NCBI GenBank assembly: GCA_902386025.1
Contig: CABMHR010000001.1
Span: 177,108 to 241,107 of the forward strand
Origin: an uncultured archaeon
GTDB taxonomy: Archaea; Nanobdellota; Nanobdellia; Pacearchaeales; GW2011-AR1
DNA: 64,000 nt
Reading direction: 5' to 3'
Shown here: piece by piece, positions 9,511 to 19,074 of the stretch
Layout of the letters: every line of letters begins with the position of its first letter
Position numbering within the stretch: the stretch's first letter is position 1
Notes under the pieces: generated by a model
Database searches by the model: none
Told to the model about the DNA's origin: nothing
Seen by the model: the letters and a program-made list of their open reading frames with translations, nothing else
Program-made: the position numbers and the translations under genes

Positions 9511-11118
9511 ATGATTACACAAATGACAAACAAATCATTTACATTTGCGATTTTAAGCATCTTTGCAATGCTGACTCTAATGAGTTTTGCAAGTGCAGCA
9601 ACATTAACAAATCAAAATCCAACTACTTTTCTAACAACAAGCGGGTCTCACACTCTTACTATTGATGTTACTGGGACTGCTTCAGAAGTTGTTACCTTAT
9701 CTTTGCCTGATATAACTCAGGATGGGAAGACAATTGACTTCACTGTTGCACCTTCTGTAACTATTGTAGCAACAGGGGTTGCTCAATCAATAACAATTAG
9801 CTATACTGTTCCTACTGACTTCGTATTCAATTACGGAAAAACTTACTCTACAATTTTAACTGCTACAGCAGCTTCAGGAAATACAAGCCAAACTTTTTCT
9901 TTCCCTGTTACTAATCCTACAAAATACACAGACAACGGAGATTTAAGTATAACAATTGATGACTTGTCTGTTAAAAATGGATTTGGAAAAGATGATGATT
10001 GGTTCCCTCTTGATGATGTTAATGCAAAAATAGTTGTTGAAAATAGCGGAACAGACAAGATCAAGAATATAGTTGTAGAATGGGGATTATATGATCAGAA
10101 TACAGGAAAATTTGTTATGAAAGAAAAGGAAAGCGATTTCAACTTAAATGACGGGGATGACAAGACATTAAACATTCCTTTCAAACTTGATGAAGTGAAC
10201 AAATTTGACAATAGTGATACTTATGTGTTCTACGCTTGGGCTACAGGAGAAGACGAAGCTCACAGCGATGATAAAACTTCAACTTATGATTCAGCTTCTA
10301 TTAATATGATAAATGATGAAAGCGATTTTGTTGTTCTTGGCAATATTCAGATTTCAGATTCTGTCTCATGCGGAGATGATGTTCATATCACAGCAGATGT
10401 CTGGAATATTGGAACAGATGACCAGGACAAGGTTTATGTAATCATATCTGAATCTACTTTGGGAATAAATCAAAAGGTTTCTATTGGGGATATAAGTTCT
10501 TTTGACAATGGAATCTTGGATGCAACCATAAAAATTCCCCAGGATGCTGAATCAGAAAAAAATTATGTCCTAAAACTCTCTGTTTATGGAGAAGACGGGC
10601 TTTATCAGAATGATTATGACGATTCAAAATCTCAATCTGATGTTTGGTTTAAAGTTTCAGGAACTTGTTCTGCTCCTGTAACAATTGCAGCAAGCTTACA
10701 GTCAGAAGCAAGAACAGGGCAGGAATTGAAAGTAAAAACAACTATTACAAACACAGATTCAAAAGCAGGCAATTTCACTCTTGATTTGAGCGGATACTCT
10801 TCTTGGGCAGAATTAGTAAATGTTAATAAAACTTCATTCACGGTAAATGCAGGAGCATCCCAAGATGTTATAATTACATTCAAAGTAAACGATGATGCTT
10901 CTGGAAGCCAGAATTTCAATATAGGATTGCAGGAAGGAACAAAGACATTTTCACAGCAGGTTTCTGTTCCATTGACACAGTCATCAGGATTTTCATTGTC
11001 AGGAATTACAGGCTTGTTTACAAGTGGGAATAAGCTGATTTGGGCAATCGGTGCATTGAATGCGATTTTGATATTAGTCATCATTATTGTAGCAGTAAAG
11101 GTTGTAAGAAAGAAATAA
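9511..11118 (+). CDS. Secreted cell-surface protein with C-terminal TM anchor
   Basis: Signal peptide MITQMTNKSFTFAILSIFAMLTLMSFASA. The body is Thr/Ser/Asp-rich with a C-terminal TM + RKK. Start chosen at the internal Met. Confidence 0.55.
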   Translation: MITQMTNKSFTFAILSIFAMLTLMSFASAATLTNQNPTTFLTTSGSHTLTIDVTGTASEVVTLSLPDITQDGKTIDFTVAPSVTIVATGVAQSITISYTVPTDFVFNYGKTYSTILTATAASGNTSQTFSFPVTNPTKYTDNGDLSITIDDLSVKNGFGKDDDWFPLDDVNAKIVVENSGTDKIKNIVVEWGLYDQNTGKFVMKEKESDFNLNDGDDKTLNIPFKLDEVNKFDNSDTYVFYAWATGEDEAHSDDKTSTYDSASINMINDESDFVVLGNIQISDSVSCGDDVHITADVWNIGTDDQDKVYVIISESTLGINQKVSIGDISSFDNGILDATIKIPQDAESEKNYVLKLSVYGEDGLYQNDYDDSKSQSDVWFKVSGTCSAPVTIAASLQSEARTGQELKVKTTITNTDSKAGNFTLDLSGYSSWAELVNVNKTSFTVNAGASQDVIITFKVNDDASGSQNFNIGLQEGTKTFSQQVSVPLTQSSGFSLSGITGLFTSGNKLIWAIGALNAILILVIIIVAVKVVRKK

Positions 11119-11119
11119 A

Positions 11120-11986
11120 ATGAACAAGATAAAAAGAACATTAGCTGGATTGTTATCTCTTCCTATAATGGGATGTGCTTCTTCTTTAAGGCCTGTTGGA
11201 AGCATTGACATTGCTTATGTTCCTGAAAGAGTTGATTCATCTTCTTCCTATTCTAATGAAATAAAAGTAGCTTCAGAATTGGGAATGGCATTAAGAGTTG
11301 GGGAAAATTTTGACTTTACAATAGGCGGAGAAGGAAAATTATTATTGACTCCTTTTGCAGATTCAGTAACAAAAATTATAGATTTGCAGAATTGCGGAAT
11401 CTACGCAAAAGCAGACATAGGAAAAAATCTTGAACTTTACGCAGAATACTCTATTAATTCACCTGTAAATGGAGAGCCATTGACACTTACAGGTGCAAAC
11501 GGAAAATCCCACGCAATAAACTACGGCGAACTTGCAGAAATTGGTTTTTTGCTTGACTGGAAAAAATTATCAGGATGGAAATTTCCTTTATTAGGACTTA
11601 ACCTTTCATTAAGCCCGGCCGTAAGTATGAGTGCAGCTTATGTTCCTGAAAGAGTTGATTCATCTGCCTCTTATCTTAATGAACTTGAAGCAGGGATAAA
11701 TGCAGGAATGACATTAAATATAGGAGAAAATTTTGACTTTACAATAGGCGGAGAAGGAAAAGTTTTTATTAATCCTCTTGCAAATTCTGTTACAAAAGCA
11801 GTAGATTCCCAGGAATATGGGATTTATGCAAAAGCAAATATAGGAAAGAATTTTGAACTTTACGCAAAATATTTTATTGATATTCCTGTAAGCGGGGAGC
11901 CATTGACACTTACAGATGCAAACGGAAAATCCCACGCAATAAACTACGGCGAATCAGCAGAAGCAGGAATTAAATTCACCTTCTAA
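11120..11986 (+). CDS. Lipoprotein with two tandem ~115-aa repeats
   Basis: Lipobox LPIMGC. The unit AYVPERVDSS...GENFDFTIGGEGK...GEPLTLT.ANGKSHAINYGE occurs twice. Confidence 0.55.
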   Translation: MNKIKRTLAGLLSLPIMGCASSLRPVGSIDIAYVPERVDSSSSYSNEIKVASELGMALRVGENFDFTIGGEGKLLLTPFADSVTKIIDLQNCGIYAKADIGKNLELYAEYSINSPVNGEPLTLTGANGKSHAINYGELAEIGFLLDWKKLSGWKFPLLGLNLSLSPAVSMSAAYVPERVDSSASYLNELEAGINAGMTLNIGENFDFTIGGEGKVFINPLANSVTKAVDSQEYGIYAKANIGKNFELYAKYFIDIPVSGEPLTLTDANGKSHAINYGESAEAGIKFTF

Positions 11987-12593
11987 AAATTTTATTAATT
12001 ATTCTCTCGCTGAATTTTTCTTCGTTCTCTAATCTTACAATAATAAGCCCTATTATATACCCGATTAATGCTCCTAAGATTACATCGCTGAAGAAATGCA
12101 GTCCGAAATAAACTCTTGAAAATGCAATAAGCACAGCGAATATTATCCAGAACTTTTTTAATCTTGGAAACTGCTTGGCTAAAATGGGAATAGCGCAGAA
12201 TGCAAACATGCTTTGGAAAGAAGGGAAAGAATAATTCCATACTGCAAAACTTGCTTCCTGCAGTCTTGGAAGAAGTGAAACAATCCCTAATTGGAAAGGA
12301 CGCAGCCTCTGAATTGTAAACTTCAGCAAAAAGCTGACTATTGCAGAAATTCCAAGACAGCTCCACAAAGGAATAATCCATCTTCTTTTATTCTCTCTCC
12401 ATAAAAAAAGAGCAGTCAAGATAAAGAAGATTAATATCTCTGAACTTAAGTAAGTTATAACAAGAAAAAATTTGTCAAGGAAATCATTTCTTAAAAGAGA
12501 AGCGTATTCAGACAGCTTGACATCAAAATAAAAACTTATAAGGATAAGGAATGCAAACACAATAAAAAGTATTGCTCTTTTATTTTTTTTCAT
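11976..12593 (-). CDS. PAP2-superfamily membrane phosphatase
   Basis: KFTIQRLRP (KxxxxxxRP) and SRVYFGLHFFSDV (SRxxxxxHxxxD). Confidence 0.65.
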   Translation of the reverse strand: MKKNKRAILFIVFAFLILISFYFDVKLSEYASLLRNDFLDKFFLVITYLSSEILIFFILTALFLWRENKRRWIIPLWSCLGISAIVSFLLKFTIQRLRPFQLGIVSLLPRLQEASFAVWNYSFPSFQSMFAFCAIPILAKQFPRLKKFWIIFAVLIAFSRVYFGLHFFSDVILGALIGYIIGLIIVRLENEEKFSERIINKIFRR

Positions 12594-12632
12594 ACTCTTA
12601 TTAACAAAAAATTATTTAAATAGATTTCCTCT

Positions 12633-13202
12633 TTGTTAGTTATGAAGAAAGAGGGAAATTCTGCACTGAATATTTTTTTGAGATATGCAATTATGATTTT
12701 ATTCGGAATTTTAAATGCAGGTTTTTTTTATATTATCTTCACACCTCTTACAATTTATCCTGTTTATTTTTTGCTGAAGATTTTTTTTGGAGCATCTCTT
12801 ATTGGAAATGTCCTATTTGTTCATAATTTTCCTGTTGAAATAATAGGCGCGTGCGTCGCAGGTTCTGCTTATCTTCTGCTCTTGGTTTTAAATCTGTCAA
12901 CTCCCAAGATAAAATTGTCAAGGAGAATCGGGATTTTCTTTTTTTCATTTTCTCTTTTGCTGGCGGTTAATGTGTTGAGAATTTTTACACTTTCAGGAAT
13001 ATTGGTTTCAGGAAGTTCATTATTTGACTTGGCGCATAAAATATTCTGGTATGCAGGAAGTATTTTGTTTGTTGCAGGGATATGGTTCTTGAGTGTTAAG
13101 TTATTTAAGCTGAAAGAAATTCCATTCTATTCTGATATAAAATATCTTTGGAATAAGCTAAGAAAAGATATGAAGAAATCCAAGCATTCCAAGAAGCATT
13201 AA
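12633..13202 (+). CDS. Exosortase/archaeosortase-domain membrane protein (small archaeosortase-like)
   Basis: Polytopic. Has a conserved Cys in IIGACVAGSAY and Arg in AVNVLRIF, like the archaeosortase catalytic Cys/Arg. Confidence 0.45.
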   Translation: MLVMKKEGNSALNIFLRYAIMILFGILNAGFFYIIFTPLTIYPVYFLLKIFFGASLIGNVLFVHNFPVEIIGACVAGSAYLLLLVLNLSTPKIKLSRRIGIFFFSFSLLLAVNVLRIFTLSGILVSGSSLFDLAHKIFWYAGSILFVAGIWFLSVKLFKLKEIPFYSDIKYLWNKLRKDMKKSKHSKKH

Positions 13203-13204
13203 AA

Positions 13205-13996
13205 TTATATTGCTTGTCCTTGGTTCAGTTTTGTATTCACTTCAGATAAAGCTTCAAGCATAAATCTTTCTGTTGTATCTAAAATCTCGCAATTTTGGAC
13301 ATTAATATTATAGCAAGCAGGCCCTGATTTGTCGATTAATGATTCATTTCCTTCTCTGATATTTAGAAATCCATATCTTCCTTGTGAATCACAGCTCGCA
13401 TTCACGTCTTTTATCATATTTCCCCCAATAACTTCATATAATCTTAATAAGTTAGCAATTGCTATCATTCCGTCTCCATTGCAGTTAAAACTGCTGCTTA
13501 AATTTATTACATTTTCCTTTTTTAATTTTATAACCCCCTGAAATGGAACAGAATCTTCCAATTTTCTTGGGTCTTTTCTGAAATAAAAATTATAATCTGC
13601 TTCTTTCCCTGTTTTTGAGCTTCCAATGACAAATGCTCCGCTTTCATTGATAATGCCCGGAACAGATGTTCTATACAATGTCAATTGTCCGACTTTTTCA
13701 GTTGCAAATTTTACTCCTTTAACTTCAAAATGATTAAAAGAATAATTAATATACCAAACTGCAGCAACCATCAAAACAAGCCCAAGCATTACTGCTCCAA
13801 GAGTTATAAAAATCTTAGTTTCTTTTTTAAGCTGGTTTTTTGAAACTATTTTTTCCTCTTCAATTCCTTTGGAAATTATTGTCTTTTCCTTCCCTTCTTT
13901 TTCAACATCAAAAATCTCCTTGACTTCTTCCTTGATTAAGTTCTTTTTTGGAATATCTGATTCGCTCTTTTTTGCTTCTTTTCTCTTTTTTTCCAT
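13205..13996 (-). CDS. Hypothetical membrane-anchored extracellular protein
   Basis: Lys/Glu-rich N-terminus, single TM, then a Cys-containing ectodomain. Confidence 0.4.
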   Translation of the reverse strand: MEKKRKEAKKSESDIPKKNLIKEEVKEIFDVEKEGKEKTIISKGIEEEKIVSKNQLKKETKIFITLGAVMLGLVLMVAAVWYINYSFNHFEVKGVKFATEKVGQLTLYRTSVPGIINESGAFVIGSSKTGKEADYNFYFRKDPRKLEDSVPFQGVIKLKKENVINLSSSFNCNGDGMIAIANLLRLYEVIGGNMIKDVNASCDSQGRYGFLNIREGNESLIDKSGPACYNINVQNCEILDTTERFMLEALSEVNTKLNQGQAI

Positions 13997-14073
13997 TATG
14001 TAAATTCCTTTTTTACTTATCCTGAATTTTCTATTCAGTCATTTTAATAAATTTGGATTGCTGTTTATAAGGT

Positions 14074-14652
14074 TTATTGTATTCCAGTTATCTTATACAA
14101 AAAACTATCACTTAGCTTGATTAAATCTTCGCTTTTCCCCTCGATAAAAACACAGCTTTTATTCTGGCTTATTCCTATATTGCTGCTTTTTCTTATTACT
14201 ATAAAATTATCATCGCAGGTTTTTGCAGGCGCATTTTCTGCGCATTTGTCTGCTTCAAGACACGCTTCCTGCACTCTCTGGACTATTTGGTTCTGATAAA
14301 ATAAATTTCTGTAAATTTCTGTTCCTGCTTCTGAATTTTCTGTATAAATATACAATGGCTTTCCCTGATAACTGCTTAATGGATTCAAGACAGAATTTGT
14401 TTTTTCTGCTTCATTTGGATTATACTGGAAAGAAAACTGGAAACTGCCTGCATTGGTGTTCCATAATCCTGATGTCTTTGTGAATTCAAATCCATTATAT
14501 TTCAAGCTTGTTGAACTGCTTTTATTGCTTCCGCTTAAAGAATATCCAATAGTGCTCAGCGCCATGACTAATATCAGAATTCCTCCGATAATCAGCTGAT
14601 TCCTTCTTCTCTTTTTTTCAACTTTTTCCTGCGAAATTATCTTCCTCATCAA
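14074..14652 (-). CDS. Hypothetical signal-anchored extracellular protein
   Basis: N-terminal TM. Confidence 0.4.
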   Translation of the reverse strand: MMRKIISQEKVEKKRRRNQLIIGGILILVMALSTIGYSLSGSNKSSSTSLKYNGFEFTKTSGLWNTNAGSFQFSFQYNPNEAEKTNSVLNPLSSYQGKPLYIYTENSEAGTEIYRNLFYQNQIVQRVQEACLEADKCAENAPAKTCDDNFIVIRKSSNIGISQNKSCVFIEGKSEDLIKLSDSFLYKITGIQ

Positions 14653-14764
14653 TAAAAATATTTTTCATACTATAAAAAACTTATGAAACACCAGATTAGT
14701 TTTAATTTAGTTATCACTAATCTCTAAAAAAAAGAAAAAGAAAAAATAAAATAAAAAATTGTTT

Positions 14765-17242
14765 TTATGCAACTACAAGTGTAGCAGTTGTAGCAGAAGT
14801 ACCTTTGTATTTCTTTCCAACTGTTGTATCTACAGTTTGTGTTCTTAAGTAAGTAGCAGCATTTACAGTATCAGCAGCTTCATAACCCGCAACGACTAAA
14901 GCAACTTTCCCTGTTGAGTAAGTGCTTGCTAAACTTTGGATCAAGAATTGTCCTGAGCCAATGTCTGTCTTTGTTGTGAAATCGCTTCCACAAGTGCTTC
15001 CTAATAAATTAGCAGCAACAGAGTTAATACAGCTTCCACCAACAACAATCAAGTTCTTTGAACTTACAGAGCTAACTTCAGAGTCTTTTACAAGAACATC
15101 TCCAAGTTGTGTTGCTCCTCCTGTTGTTGAGCTTACAGATATGTCTCCACTATTAATGTATACTAATGGATTTGCAATGCTCTTTGGTATTGAAGCTTCT
15201 ATGCTTACTGGTGAATCTGCAGGGTCTGTGCTGATTATATGTTGTCCGTAAAGTCCAATATACTCTTGTACATTTGAATCATCTGGACTAGTTAACCATT
15301 TGCTTGTTCCTGCTTGAGTGACTTTTGCATCTCCAGAACTGTTTGTAACATTTACATAGAATACTGCTCCTTGGTTAGGAAGAGTGAACTGATCGTCATC
15401 TCTTGTTGTATCATCTATTGTTACATTTAAGCTCCAAGGGTCTGATACACTTGAGGTACCCACCGTATTGGTAGGATCAATTATCTCATTAACAAAGGTA
15501 GCATTTTTATCTGTTATATTAATCAACGTATTGTAATACGTTCTAATATAATTAGATACGCTTGCATTGCTTAAATCAGTAGTTGATTCTTTACTTCCAT
15601 AGTCCCCGCTACTGAATGCAATTAAACAATCATTAGCGCTTGAACAGCTTGAAGCATTTATGAAAGTAAAGTCTGCTCCAGCTTCTTGCAATGTACCATG
15701 TCCCATAGATCCAGCTGCTGTAGTCATAACTACATCTCTATCTACTTGGTTTGAACCAGGGTTTAGAGTAAAGTGGAATACGGGATTAGTATCTGTAGTT
15801 TTATCTGCTCCTTTATATTGAATCACAACTGTTTTAGCATTACTTGTAGGAACCTTAGGATTTCCAGTGTTTAGAATGACATAATCATTCTTTGAAACAT
15901 TTTGGAAAGTTGAAAGCAATACTAAGCTTTTGTCTGCATCAGCTCCACCATAGACTCCTGAAGTATTTGTGTATAATACAGGCAATTCAACTTTATCCCC
16001 ATTGTAGTTTACAAAATCAAGGGTATATTTTTTGTCATTTCCAGAAACTTTAAAGCTAATATTTTCATAACTTTGAGCTTTTAATCCTGCAAATGATATA
16101 TCCCAATTCTGTCCAACTAATACTTCTGGTTTATCCAAATCTGAAGCCTGGCTTAATTTCTTTCCAACTGGAACATATAAGTCATCTTCTGCAGTCATGT
16201 TAATTGCAATTTGGCTGATGGATACATCAGACACATTGCTTGCAGTTATATCAACATGTGCATCGCTTACTGTTTCTCCATTTACAACCATTGCAGAGTT
16301 ATTGTTCAATTCAAGTTTATCTGCTCCTATGTAGAATACAGCATTATTATCTGCTCCAGCAATACCCTGATAAGTTATATCAGTTACAGCTAGATATTTT
16401 CCATTGGCTAATTTTTCAATATCGCCTTTGTCCATCTTAGCTGTTGTTTCAGTTCCACTTGCTGAAGTAATAGTGAACTTTGCTTCAGTAGCACTTGTAA
16501 CTTCTGCACTAACAGTATATTCTCCTATAGTTAATGGTGTTGCACGGGCAGTTCCTGTTAAAGCACCGCTCATTAAAGTCAAATCTACACCTTTTGAAGT
16601 CATATAAGCACTTGTTATAGTGTAAGTTTTTCCCAAAAGAGTTATTTGTTTGTCCTCTATGTCTGATAATTTGTTGTCTGCTGTGTCAATATCAGATCCT
16701 AAAGCAGTACCAAAACTCATAACATACTTTGCAATCTGTTGTCCGCTTGGTATCTTAAAAAACAATCCTAAAGCATCTGTATCTGGGTCTGAAGTGTAGA
16801 TAACTCTACCTGGGTCGGATAAATCAGTTGTTTCAAAATAGAGATACTGCTTGTAAGTAGAATCTCCTTTCTCGTTAGAGAGAGAACCATCTGCTAAAAT
16901 AGCTAAGTCGCCAGAACTAATATATGAAGTAACTTCTGCTATAGATTCATTAATCTCCAATATATCAGAACTTGTTCCAACCTGCCAAGCATCTCCGCCA
17001 GTTACAGTAGTGCTTCCGCTTGTTCCAGTCATATATGATTGCAAGTTTGACTGAATGTTTCCTGCCTGAACTAAATCAAGTGAAGAAACACCAGAACCTG
17101 TACCATAAACAACAGCGACATTTGCAGCTCCTCCAGCAACGAAAGGTGCGGGATAATTTGCAGCTACAGCAGTGCCCATAGTTAATCCTACCATCAATGC
17201 GCTAGCAGCGATTGCCGTTACTTTTTTAAAATTTAATCTCAT
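14765..17242 (-). CDS. S-layer-like major surface protein
   Basis: Sec signal MRLNFKKVTAIAASALMVGLTMGTAVA. 825 aa, Thr/Ser/Gly-rich. There is a strong RBS (GGAGGT) and a long structured 5' leader. Confidence 0.55.
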   Translation of the reverse strand: MRLNFKKVTAIAASALMVGLTMGTAVAANYPAPFVAGGAANVAVVYGTGSGVSSLDLVQAGNIQSNLQSYMTGTSGSTTVTGGDAWQVGTSSDILEINESIAEVTSYISSGDLAILADGSLSNEKGDSTYKQYLYFETTDLSDPGRVIYTSDPDTDALGLFFKIPSGQQIAKYVMSFGTALGSDIDTADNKLSDIEDKQITLLGKTYTITSAYMTSKGVDLTLMSGALTGTARATPLTIGEYTVSAEVTSATEAKFTITSASGTETTAKMDKGDIEKLANGKYLAVTDITYQGIAGADNNAVFYIGADKLELNNNSAMVVNGETVSDAHVDITASNVSDVSISQIAINMTAEDDLYVPVGKKLSQASDLDKPEVLVGQNWDISFAGLKAQSYENISFKVSGNDKKYTLDFVNYNGDKVELPVLYTNTSGVYGGADADKSLVLLSTFQNVSKNDYVILNTGNPKVPTSNAKTVVIQYKGADKTTDTNPVFHFTLNPGSNQVDRDVVMTTAAGSMGHGTLQEAGADFTFINASSCSSANDCLIAFSSGDYGSKESTTDLSNASVSNYIRTYYNTLINITDKNATFVNEIIDPTNTVGTSSVSDPWSLNVTIDDTTRDDDQFTLPNQGAVFYVNVTNSSGDAKVTQAGTSKWLTSPDDSNVQEYIGLYGQHIISTDPADSPVSIEASIPKSIANPLVYINSGDISVSSTTGGATQLGDVLVKDSEVSSVSSKNLIVVGGSCINSVAANLLGSTCGSDFTTKTDIGSGQFLIQSLASTYSTGKVALVVAGYEAADTVNAATYLRTQTVDTTVGKKYKGTSATTATLVVA

Positions 17243-17630
17243 TTTTTTAACCTCCTTTCAACTCTATTTAATATGTTGTCTATGACAACCTCTCCTCTCA
17301 ACCGATGAGATAGGGTAACCCATCCTGTCGAGATGAACATGAACGCCCTATTAGAACACTCAATAACGAGTGTTAAAAGAAAAAATTCATTTTGCTTTAA
17401 AAAACTTGTTGTGATATTTTCACTTACCCTATCAAAACTATGTAGTTTTACTACATTTATTTATAAAGATGGTGATATCACTCTAATATGATTACACTTA
17501 TTGAGGGTTCTGTGAGAAAGATTTATTAACATATATTCTTTTTGCAGAATATATAACTAAATATATCATACTCTCTGATTATATATATCATAGATATATT
17601 ATTAAAAAAAACATATATTGGTAAGAAGGG

Positions 17631-17975
17631 ATGGTAACAAGGGAAATAACAATAAAAGAAGCAAAGGGGGCATTTTCTATATTTAAGAAGCCCTCTAAGG
17701 GGAAGGAAGAATATGATTTCTCTGGGATATCTGCATTGAGGCAGGTGCTGGGCAATGAAAAAGCGAGGATATTAAGCGTCATAAAAAATGACAAGCCGAG
17801 TTCTTTATATGATTTGTCCAAGAAGCTTGGCAGGAATTTCAAGTCTGTTTACGCTGATTCTAAACTGCTTGAAAGATTTGGTTTTATAGAACTGGCTGAA
17901 GAGAAAGTAAATAACCGGACAAGATGCAAGCCAAAGATAGTAACAGATACCATAACAATACAAATTAAGATTTAA
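17631..17975 (+). CDS. Predicted winged-helix transcriptional regulator
   Basis: wHTH-like segment SLYDLSKKLGRNFKSVYADSKLLERFGFIEL. Confidence 0.4.
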   Translation: MVTREITIKEAKGAFSIFKKPSKGKEEYDFSGISALRQVLGNEKARILSVIKNDKPSSLYDLSKKLGRNFKSVYADSKLLERFGFIELAEEKVNNRTRCKPKIVTDTITIQIKI

Positions 17976-18451
17976 CTGTAAAGATTAAGGGAAACCTGAT
18001 AGTCTGTTCCTCCTCTTGTAAAGTCCTGAAATGCCCCCTGATAACTTGCTGTTTTATTCCCGCCTTGGAATTTTATCTTTTCCTGCTCATCTGCTGTAAT
18101 TTTAAATTCATATCCTTTTACTGCACTCTGGGTTCCAACATTCCATCCTTTTGTAACCATATTGCCTAAATTAGATTTTAATACATCACAGCTGTCTCTT
18201 CCATCAATGCATATATCTCCATTCTCGCAGGAAATTATCAATTCCTGCACAGGAAGAAATCCTATCTGGCTGTCGCAGTCTGTTGTATACTGCAGGCTTG
18301 ATTCTATAAAACTTTCAATTTCAGAATCTTGAACAATAGTCTGATCAGGAGTTTTTATCAAAAAACTAAGCAGGATTAGAAGGATTACCCCCACAATTAC
18401 TACAATCACTGCAAATCCAACCATCTCCTCTTGCGCTAATTTATCTCTCAT
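17972..18451 (-). CDS. Type IV pilin-like protein (class III signal peptide)
   Basis: MRDKLA|QEEMVGFAVIVVIVGVILLILL. A basic leader and +1 Gln are followed by a hydrophobic segment. Confidence 0.5.
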   Translation of the reverse strand: MRDKLAQEEMVGFAVIVVIVGVILLILLSFLIKTPDQTIVQDSEIESFIESSLQYTTDCDSQIGFLPVQELIISCENGDICIDGRDSCDVLKSNLGNMVTKGWNVGTQSAVKGYEFKITADEQEKIKFQGGNKTASYQGAFQDFTRGGTDYQVSLNLYS

Positions 18452-19074
18452 TGTGTTTTGTCCTCAGAACTAACCATTAATCTGGCAAGTTCGCATTTAT
18501 CATAAGCTCCTGTCCCGCCTGATTTCTTCCTGCACAGCGAGATAAAACTTGAACTGGAAGGCAGTGTTTTTACATTCTTGTCAAGGATTTTAAGAACCCC
18601 GCAATTTGGATAATTTTCCATATTGCATTCTATATTTCCAGAATCAGGATAAACTTTCCTTATTTCTATTTTTGCAACACCCCAGAAACCAGAAAATTTA
18701 TCTTTATTTTCTGAAAGAATTATAACTTTATCAAAATCAACGCAGTCTGTTCTGCTGCTCCCAAATGCATTTTCGCAGGATAACTCTGGAGAATTTGCAA
18801 GTTTTGATACAAGAAGAGTAGCTTCTTTTTCTGCAAGATTTGTAGCTGTTTTCTGAAGATTCTGCATTATTATGGATAGAAAAAACAATCCGACAAGAAC
18901 AAACAGGAAAGTAACTGCTATAATCATAAAAACCATCTGCTGTATTTTCATCTGAGCCGAGCGATTTCGCGGTATTAAGGCACGTGTCATGCAAGCGAAG
19001 TCGGGAGTAGAGCGATTTCGCGGTATTAAGGCACGTGTCATGCAAGCGAAGTCGGGAGTTTTTTTGTTTACCAT
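18448..19074 (-). CDS. Type IV pilin-like protein with two tandem copies of a 17-aa leader insert
   Basis: MVNKK[TPDFACMTRALIPRNRS]x2 AQM + hydrophobic. Confidence 0.55.
   Translation of the reverse strand: MVNKKTPDFACMTRALIPRNRSTPDFACMTRALIPRNRSAQMKIQQMVFMIIAVTFLFVLVGLFFLSIIMQNLQKTATNLAEKEATLLVSKLANSPELSCENAFGSSRTDCVDFDKVIILSENKDKFSGFWGVAKIEIRKVYPDSGNIECNMENYPNCGVLKILDKNVKTLPSSSSFISLCRKKSGGTGAYDKCELARLMVSSEDKTQ
18958..19059 (-). repeat. Two tandem copies of a 51-nt GC-rich in-frame element in a prepilin leader
   Basis: Sense strand is actcccgacttcgcttgcatgacacgtgccttaataccgcgaaatcgctc(t/g), twice. Confidence 0.85.
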
